Source: Chrysomallon squamiferum
Taxonomy: Eukaryota > Animalia > Mollusca
Assembly (NCBI GenBank): GCA_012295275.1
Contig: CM022677.1
Span: forward strand, 496,001-560,000
Reading direction: 5' to 3'
DNA: 64,000 nucleotides
Shown: one piece after another, positions 54,397 through 64,000 of the stretch
How the letters are laid out: every line of letters starts with the position of its first letter
How positions within the stretch are numbered: the stretch's first letter is position 1
Made by a program: the position numbers and the translations under genes
The notes under the pieces: generated by a model
What the model was told of the DNA's origin: nothing
The model's database searches: none
Seen by the model: the letters and a program-made list of their open reading frames with translations, nothing else

Positions 54397-57275
54397 NNNN
54401 NNNNNNNNNNNNNNNNNNNNNNNNNNNNNNNNNNNNNNNNNNNNNNNNNNNNNNNNNNNNNNNNNNNNNNNNNNNNNNNNNNNNNNNNNNNNNNNNNNNN
54501 NNNNNNNNNNNNNNNNNNNNNNNNNNNNNNNNNNNNNNNNNNNNNNNNNNNNNNNNNNNNNNNNNNNNNNNNNNNNNNNNNNNNNNNNNNNNNNNNAAGA
54601 TTTGAAATGACAGAAATAGTAAAGTTTAAAACAGACTTTAACAAATGAAGTGAATTCTCAGGAACTGTGTTCTCTCTTACATGAAATCCTTGGTTACATA
54701 ATTTGTCTGTTACTAATTGTATTATGCTTTTGATTTTTGATACCTCATTTTAAGTAGATTTTTTTAAGGTGTTTGTGTAAAGCTGTAATATTTCTTTGGT
54801 GGTTTTGATTTTAGCTCTGTTATCATTTTTGAGTATTAGTCTTGGTGTAACCATAATATTTTTTTTATTGAGATACAGTGTTAAGAAAATACTGTAAATG
54901 AATTTTGTAAATGTCTGTTTATGATTCTAAAATCATTTGGTTTGTGTTTGCAAAACGTTATAGGGAATATTTAATTTGTATGACTGTGGACTTTATGATT
55001 AAGATGTCAAGGCTGAAGTTCTATGTATGATTCAGGAATCAAATCTGGATAAATGTATGATTTAAATATCAAGTTTATGAATAAATGAAGAATCGTCAAA
55101 ATGATTTTGTTGTATATAGAATGATGGTTTATTTTTCTGTAATTTGTTTTTTCAATTTAATGACCACAAAGGAAAGTATTACTTCATGATCCAGTTGTGA
55201 TGTTTGTAATCTTTATTTTTTATATTGAAATCCCACCTACATTTTGTTCAACATTGTGTAGTTTGAAATTTATAATGTAGCTTATGTGAAACTTGCTTTA
55301 GCTTTATCTAATACTTCAGAAGTTTATAAACTGTAAAAGAAAAAAAAAACAGAATGTCAAGAATGAATGTATTTTTATTTTATTTTTGTCTGAATATGGT
55401 CAGATCAGTGTCTGTAATTAAATAATGTAATTTTATTTATTTTAATTATTGTTTGTTTTATTGTTATGTAAAATAATATCTATTCATATTTATTCATCTA
55501 GCTATTTATCTCTCTCTGTGTGTGTGTGTGTGTGTCTGTGAATCTGTGGAACCAGTGATTATGCATCAGAGTCTAGAGTTGATGTGTCCACCAGACAAAA
55601 TGTGAGATGAGTTGCTGTTCATACTTGTAACAAAAACTTTTCTTTTTATTTGGTTTTCCTGTGACAGGTAATTGTGTACAAACATTTGAAATGGGAGGTG
55701 ATTACAAATGTTTATTTTAACTTTGTTTTCTCCTTCAAAATAAATATTTTACAATTTGTTTTAAATTTTAAGCTAGAGTCACAAATTGCTGAGGTCAAGT
55801 GGAGGGGAACTATGGTTAATACAATCAGTGTTTAGACGTTATTACAGACATTTCACTAGATGTTAGTCTTGTCTGAGGATCAGCTCAGGTCAACAAATCA
55901 TATTTGAATGATGTAATATTTATATAGATTTATAATAATTCCTGGTTATCTATAGGAAAGTATCGGATATCGGGATTAATTAATTCATTACATTTAAGAT
56001 TATGGTTAGGATTAAATCTATTTAAAGATACTTTAATTCAGTAAGTCTTTCTTTTAGAACATATTCTATATCAAGGCTAGGATTAAATTAAAATAATTTT
56101 TGTTCTCAAACAATTTAATATATACGCAAATGGTAAATTACTACCATAGCTATTTAATAGCTCTAAAGAAATTATCCAATTTTAATTCAATAAATCTATA
56201 TGAAAGTATACATTTTAGACTTTTAGATGTTTTGATAAATTAGGTTAGAATTAGTTAGATTTGAAATGAACTTTTGCTGAATTTTATATACATTTATTTA
56301 TTTAACAATATTTAATTTATTATTATTAGAACAGGGTCAGGATTTGGTAACAGATATGAAATAAACTTTTTATGATTAATAAATATTTCATTGTTATAAA
56401 TAGCTTTTGTATTACGGTTACGGTTAGGGTTAAAATCAGGATTTGGTTTAAAATTAGATTTATCTTAATAAAAGTTAACTTTCAAATTCAATACATTTTT
56501 CAGTTAAGATGTTATAAATGTTTCGCATTACAGTAGCATGGCCCTTAAATGTCGCGCGCCTTTCCATCTACTTTTTCATCTTAATCAAACTTTTCAAACT
56601 GGATTATTTTTCTTCAAATGCGAGCATAATAAACTGAAATTATAATTAATTAAAAGACTAATGTATTAACTTGTGTAGCTGTCAAATATTCCCCAGCAGA
56701 AAAGAACTTTTTTTATTATTATTTTTATTGGCAATGGTACAGTTTACAAAACATGATTTACAAAATATAAATACAAGGAACAAAAACAAAAAATACGCAC
56801 AGCACGCAGTGAAAGAACATTTAGGTGACGTTTGTATCCATTAAATCGACGAAATGTCTGGAGGCTTTTTTCCGTGACGTAATTTGTGCCGTTACGAGTT
56901 ATCGTTCCTGTTGGTGCATGCTAATTAAAGTTTCATTTTATACTGATTTAAATACAGTATTAGAAGTGAAATTTGTAACAGAACACACACAGTCTGTTAA
57001 ATGAATTCAACTTAAAGCTTAATCAATTACATTAAAATATGCCACACGCTGTCATTAATCAACTTTCATTATTATAAACATTAGGACAAAAAAACTCATA
57101 TAATTCTTTATTTAATTTCCAGTACAGTCACTGAATATTTGTTTGTGAACATTTTTGAACCACTGACACCATTTCTGACATTGTCCACACTTAGGTAATT
57201 GCAACCTCTTTTCTGTCAGTTGTTAATTATACACATCAGTTTTAATCGTTCATGTGGCGGGTTTGTTGTTTGTTG

Positions 57276-57344
<69 letters not shown>

Positions 57345-58412
57345 TGTGTGTGTGTATGTGTGTTTATTTAGTCTTCATTGTAAACATTTTTCCATTTAAA
57401 CAGTTAACTATATACAAACCTTCTATGATATATAACTATTTACATCTATATTTACCTCTACATGAGTACCCCCAACCCCTTTATCTTTTATGATAAAACT
57501 TGGCCGCAGGTGACTAAAACTAACTAATAAGCAAGGACCAGCTGGAGACACACTGAATACCCTCGTGACAGAGAACACGGCTCATCAGTGCTACCTGACA
57601 TACATGGTTGGCTACTTTTACTCCTCCTGACCTTTAAATCAGAGAGTGGGCGAGAGCCAAGGTTTCCAATCTCTAGCTGCCCTAAATAAACCAGCCCCCT
57701 CGGCAAAATTCATAAGTCATCTTTGGCCCCTTAAAATCAAATATATCTACATCACCTTAACCTGCCTCCTCAGTAAATTTGACTGGGCTGAACAACTTCC
57801 CTTTGTCTCAGAAGATGGAGCGGATTCCTCTGGCAGACAACTTTTGTGAATCTTTAACAATACCCTGTTTCCCTACAGTTCAGTAGGTGAACGTTAAGCT
57901 GGGCCATTCACCTCCCCGAGCCGTTTACCACTAACCACACAACTGACTGTATTTTCCTCGAATTAAACAAGTTATTAAGTTTTACAAAATAATCTGTATT
58001 ATACAACACAGATCAGTGAGTACTTAGAAACTACTGACCTAGGTAAAGGAGAGACGTTTTGGTGCCATTTTGGAATTCATCAAACTTTAGTATGTTGGTT
58101 TTTAAACAACATATTTTGTTTGAATGGTAGGCTATGCCAGGTTTAAAAATATAAATTTCCAGATAACTGTATTCTGCTGTATTGATGTACGTTCCATGTT
58201 GGATAATAATTAGTGTTTTGTTATCGCTCGATAAATTAAGAATGCGTTTCACAAATTTCACCGTCTGGGACTTCGACTATAGTTTTCCTTAACAATGATT
58301 TTATACATTCACTTGAAATTATTTCCTAAGTGAAATATTCAGTTCACTGGTGTTTAAAAAAATCTGATCAACAGAATAAGACACAGGTAAAGTTGGCTAA
58401 AATAAAAAGGCT

Positions 58413-58690
58413 AAACAACAGCAGCCAAGAGCAGAACAACCAGGACGGCAAACAACACGGACCCGGTGATGGCTGAGAGATTGTGCCGGAGACCACAGGG
58501 GGCGAATTGCGGCTGCGAAACATCGGTACCGACTCGTCTCGATCCGATATGCTGGACACTCGCTTGTGTCCTGCAATCGTGGCGAGAACCAATTCTTTTC
58601 CGCTGACCTGTCAGAAAGCGTGCCCGTCGCAGACGTGCTTCACAACAGCTTGCTCTGATTAGCACGTTAATTTTTTTCCATTCCATTCCA
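58413..58690 (+). mobile_element. LINE 3' UTR with (TTCCA)n tail
   Basis: Matches reverse complement of ~29733-30025 and is followed by the same TTGAACGAGATC flank (58691-58702). Confidence 0.88.
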
Positions 58691-59058
58691 TTGAACGAGA
58701 TCTCTTTGATCAGTGCCATTCTTGAGAGTCTTTGTCTGCACAAGACAAAGGAAAACGCAGACAATGGTAATTATGTTTTAATGTTTTGTATATGTAACAT
58801 ACATCTTAAATGATTGAAGATATCTAAATCTATTACAGTTGAATTTTTCATAGTATTATTCTGTGGTACTTACGTTTATAAAAACAAAGATAACGTATTT
58901 TAATAATTAAAATATTATTTAGAAAGATCAAGTAACCAACTGGGCTGAATTAGTTTTGTATTATTTGTCAACGCTATTTGCTTTGATAACGTATCGTGGA
59001 ATCGTACGATTTAACTATTTGACTGTATATTACCCTTGAGGGTTAATTTGTGTAAACA

Positions 59059-59114
<56 letters not shown>

Positions 59115-59599
59115 AAACAATTATAAATACTGAATTGTGTTTGTGTTATTGTTATCTTGTGGATACAGAATAGTCATTTAATAGTTAAGCTGTCTGAGAT
59201 AATTAACACCTTGTCACGTGATGCTATTATAGTCTGCTGCCCTTTCTGGTACTAATACCACTCAGACTAGTCACGTGACATATGGCACTACCTAAAATCC
59301 TTTAAGTTAGCATCTCAGAAAACTTATCACCCAACTCCTTGTAATGCCAAAATTAGCTGAGAGTTTCTGTCAATATTATAAAGAGGATGGACTGTAATTA
59401 AAAAAGAACAAATCATAACATAATGAACGTTTGTAATATTATGTAAAATGTTTCAATTTGACGAAATGTCTAATTTTGAACTATTGCCATTATCTTTGAA
59501 TTCAGCTTACATTAACACGTCACACAGAAAACTGCCTAAATAACACGTTGGCATTTGTTTCATTAATTAAACTTTTACCTGTCTGTGTATCAATTTCAG

Positions 59600-60394
59600 G
59601 TGCTGAGTTATACAGGTATTTGGAAGACGCGCCAGAGCGTGTTGTTGTCATCATCAGCGCTGACCTCGCACACACGCATCTCAGCACTGGCCCATACGGC
59701 TACTCCAACGCATCAGAGCCATTCGACCATGTAAATACAACCGGTCAGTCGTGCTTGAACCTTTTAAAAACACTTTAAAAGTTTACCAGAACAACTGTAT
59801 CAAAGCAGATATGTTTTGTAATAGCACCTGTGTACATTTTTATATTTAGGATTAATAGATGTTAAATAGACTTATTTATTTGTATTGAATTAATGAATGT
59901 AACTGACGTTTGGGAGGATTTCTAAAACTATTAATGTTTAATGTTATTGGTAGGAAAGAACATGCTGCAACTGTTTTGTCTTCAGTGTTGAAAGACTTGT
60001 GTAATTAGTACATAACTGATCAGATTGTTTTTGTTTCATTAATACAGTTGTCACGATGGTTCTCATTATTTGAATATTTCAGGGCTGTTGGTGAGTGGGC
60101 AGCGACTCTGGACGGCATGTTGCTGTTGAACAGAGCGGATGGACTAGTCGATCGCGCGCTGTCGTGTGGTTACACGGGTCTAGTCATGTTGCATGGTCTG
60201 TTAGAAACTGCCGGGCTGTCGTCATGGTTACCAAACGTTTTAGCAAACTATCACCCAAGTTACTACGGTATGATGCTAGCATCATTCGTTCAGAGATGAA
60301 AAGATGAATGAACAAAACAGTTCATATGGAAATGAAGAAAAATTATACAACAACAACAACAACGACAACAACAATAATAATTATAATAATAATA

Positions 60395-60433
<39 letters not shown>

Positions 60434-60502
60434 CGGCCGCTGAAAACGACCGAAAGTAATGCGTCATTATTACCTGAGATTTTTCACTTAGAGATTAACT
60501 TT

Positions 60503-60555
<53 letters not shown>

Positions 60556-61367
60556 CATGATGATGATGATAATAAACTTTGATGTTACTCCAAAGCAACC
60601 ATGTAGTCTTCTATAAATCTGTTTTAAAGAACGTTTTTCTAACACAGTGTATTGATACAAACTACTGTGATGCATCGCTTAACGTTTCATGTACACGCCC
60701 TTTGCCCATAAAAATAACAAGAAAATAATGGTAATAATGATGCTGCAGTTGCTGATGCTGCTGATGATGATGACAATGACAAACAAATACATAAAAGAAG
60801 ACAAAACAAAAACAACATCAACAAAAAATTAACTATTGGGACAATTGAGAAAACCAACTCTTATAAATTAACAAGGCGATAATATAGATTTTTAGTTCCT
60901 ATCGATTATCATTATACAAATAAAATATTATTTCCTTCAGGTCTATTGTTGCTCTTTAAGGAAAAACATAGAAGGGCACGTAACTCTAGTCATATTATTT
61001 AAGAACGAAATAGAAAGTCGAGATGTGTTTTACAATTGTGATTGTGTTTTTAAATTAGCATAGACTAATAATTCTCTCAACAAGAAAACATTATCGTATA
61101 AAAATATAGTTATTGATACACCAATTTCTGTTTTCGATTAATGCAAATACTCACAAAAGACTGAGGACCCACAATATGCCGTTTTCGAAACGTACACTAC
61201 ATAAAAATTATATATTTATTTGCAATCCCATTTATAATATATTATATAGAAATGTTTCTATATATTTTATCCCAAAACTGACATTATTTATAAATACTCT
61301 TTTAAAGTAAAGTCATACAATTTTTTTCTTTTAAATTTCATTTTCTTGTATTCATTTTCTAAAATAT

Positions 61368-61426
<59 letters not shown>

Positions 61427-61567
61427 TTTGGCACATATTAACATGGCTAGAACTGATCCCACTTCATTTGATACCAGATCTGGAAAACACAAAAGTTGTA
61501 ATTCTCTCGCAGTCCAGCAGACGATATACACATGATGTTGTCATGATACCAGAACTTCTCCATTTAG
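59600..61567 (+). pseudogene. LigB/Memo-like copy C, exon order 3-4-(1)-2, inactivated
   Basis: Exon 3 at 59600-59730; extra G after the exon-4 acceptor (60083); exon 1 deleted about 28 nt after the ATG at 61023; exon-2 acceptor changed AG>AC near 61442. Confidence 0.85.
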
Positions 61568-61833
61568 GTATTTCACTGTTTGTCTGTATGTCTGTAAAAA
61601 TCACATACGATTTGTAAACATTAGTTTATTGGTTACGTAAACAGCCCTCGTCGCAGATTTGAGCTTCGTTTTAATTTTATTTTTTTGTGACTTTATCAGT
61701 ATTTTGTAACAACTTTTGGACACCAAATGGATTATCGAAACGAGTTAAATCGATCAAACAAACAACAACAAAGATAATACATAATAATAAGGAACAAATT
61801 AAAAACAAAACAACAAAAACGTCCCGGACACGA

Positions 61834-62568
61834 TGACACTACGAGTTTTTTTTTCTCCTTCTTTCGTCTCTCTCTCGTTATATAATAGTAAAAACTAAGT
61901 AAATAAATAAATAAATAAACATATAAATAAATAAATAAAACCCCTCAAACAATGCCCAATGCATATATATATGTATATATGTGTATATGTGTATGTGTAT
62001 GTATGTATATATGTATATATGTGTATATGTGTATATGTATGTATGTATATAGGTATATATATATATCTATATATGTGTATAGGTATATATGTGTATGTGT
62101 ATGTGTATGTATGTATAAAGGTATATATATATCTATATATGTATATATGTATATATGTGTGTGGGTGTGTATATATGTATATCTACTGCACCCTTTTGGA
62201 TCTTATTAACTAAAACACACTCAAAGGTTTATTCCAAATTGCCCACTTCAAATGCACCTTCACCGTCCCCGTCCCCTTCCACTTTCCCTTCCCCTTCCCC
62301 TTCCCCTCTCCTGTCCCCTTCCCCTTCCCCGTCCCCGTCCCCTTCCACTTTCCCTTCCCCTTCCCCTTCCCCTCTCCTGTCCCCTTCCCCTTCCCCGTCC
62401 CCGTCCCCTTCCACTTTCCCGTCCCCTTCCCCTTCCACTTTCCCTTCCCCTTCACCTCTCCTGTCCAGGAACCCATCCCTGGTGATCCCAGAGATCCGAT
62501 CCGTGATAGGCGTGCCTGAACTTTGAATTGGACGTGGGCACGTAAAAAGAGTTTCCATTCCATTCCAT
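61834..62568 (+). mobile_element. SINE-like/non-autonomous element end with a (CCCTTC/CCCGTC)n tract and (TTCCA)n tail
   Basis: Ends GGGCACGTAAAAAGAGTTTCCATTCCATTCCAT, similar to the LINE end AGCACGTTAATTTTTTTCCATTCCATTCCA; 5' boundary uncertain. Confidence 0.5.
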
Positions 62569-62889
62569 CCTTTGATCAGTGCCCTTCTTGAGAGTCTTTG
62601 TCTGCACAAGACAAAGGAAAACGCAGACAATGGTAATTATGGTTTAATGTTTTGTATATGTAACATACATCTTGAATGATTGAAGATGGCTAAATCTATT
62701 ACAGTTGAATTTGTCAGTGTTATTCTTTTTTAAAATAGCATAGACTAATATCACTGACAGCAAGAAAACATTATCCTATAAAAATACAGTTATTGATACA
62801 CCAATGTCTGTTTTCGGTTAATGCAAAATCTCACAAAAGACTGAGGACCCACAATATGCCGTTTTCGAAACACAGTACATAAAAATTAT

Positions 62890-64000
62890 AAAATAAGCTA
62901 CACAATACTACAACACCTACCAGACGAAACACTACTCGTCATACTCGATCTTTACAACGCAATATGGACCACCGGCAAGATTCCAACAAACTGGAAACAC
63001 GCCGAGTGTTTCAGCTTGCCCAAACCACACAAACATCACTCACTACCCAACAGCTACAGGCCGATCACGCTGACGTCACACATGTGCAAAACATTGGAAA
63101 CAATGATCAACACACGCCTGAACCACCAATTAAACGACAACAATCTAATCTTCAAATTTCAAAGCGGCTTCAGGAAGAAACACAGCACAAACGACCAGGT
63201 CACCTGCCTGCAAACATCAATTAATCAATCTTTTCGAAAATCAAAAAAAGTCATAGCAGTTTTTTTAGACATTGAAAAAGCATTCGACATGGTATGGAGG
63301 GAAGGACTGCTCGTTATATTAATCAACAACAACATCAAAGGCAACATGTTCGACTTTATCAAAGACTTTATTAACAACAGAACCATAGCAGTCAAAGTAA
63401 ACGGTCACACCTCAGAGAAAACGACAATCGAAAACGGCATCCCCAAAGGATCCGTGATCTCGCCAACACTCTTCAACATCTACATCAACGACATCGTCAC
63501 AGCACTCGACAAACAAGACAACGCCAGAAATCCACCGAAGGAACCAATAAATTCAGCACTCTTTGCAGACGACTGCACCTTTTCGCGGGCAGGCAGATCC
63601 ACCGCAGCAATACAGAAACAAATACAAAAAGACTTAAACAACATAAAGGACTGGATGTTGAAATGGGGCAAAAATATTTCTCTTTCCAAAACGACATGCC
63701 TCCTTTTCAACAAGAAATCAGACAACAACAAGATCACACTCAGCATCGACAACAACGTCATAACAGAAACAAAGACATTCAAAATTCGACAGCCAACTCA
63801 ACTTCCGATGCCATATACACAACATAATTGCATCCTGCAAAAAAACAATCAATCTTCTAAAGTTAATTTCCGGAACCAGTTGGGGAGCAAACGAGTCAAC
63901 GCTGATTTTGATACACAAAGCGTGTATTCTCTCCAAGCTCGACTACGGAGCCACGGCTTACTCGAATGCTCCCAAACTCTATTTAAAAAAACTAGACACA
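62890..64000 (+). mobile_element. LINE RT fragment, copy C (runs off the window)
   Basis: ISYTILQHLPDETLL..WTTGKIPTNWKHA, YRPITLTS, FLDIEKAFD, FADD; keeps segments deleted in the other copies. Confidence 0.9.

Noticed and set aside
55990-56460. Scattered TTAGG/TTAGGG-like words as interstitial telomere
   Set aside because: Sparse and non-tandem in AT-rich DNA.
57500-57950. GC-richer stretch with short ORFs as a possible exon
   Set aside because: No recognisable domain, stops interrupt the frames, and no clear splice pair.

Overview
AT-rich, microsatellite-laden eukaryotic DNA, most likely a mollusc/gastropod (inferred from the 5S sequence and a V-domain SINE fragment), with two assembly gaps (23456-23655, 54397-54596). 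Most of the window is a rearranged, partly inverted tandem array of one 4-exon gene encoding a predicted 308-aa, probably secreted LigB/Memo-like (class III extradiol dioxygenase-fold) protein. Every recognisable block shows the exons in the order 3-4-1-2. All four exons are intact only at 40405-43151 (-), and no collinear 1-2-3-4 copy is visible. Copies of the long intron 2 carry different insertions: an I-group LINE with a 12-bp TSD, a hAT-like DDE transposon and a Tc2/pogo-like MITE. In one unit a higher-order satellite replaces most of the exons. The LINE is itself split in its RNase H domain by a 3.7-kb 5S-rDNA-bearing segment flanked by a ~24-bp duplication. Region 1-16.3 kb (+) is an inverted paralogue of roughly 32-54 kb (-), and 58.4-64 kb (+) is a further copy. 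Regions 16.3-23.4 kb and 54.6-58.3 kb are mostly unique non-coding DNA and simple repeats. All calls are by eye; no database searches or folding programs were run.
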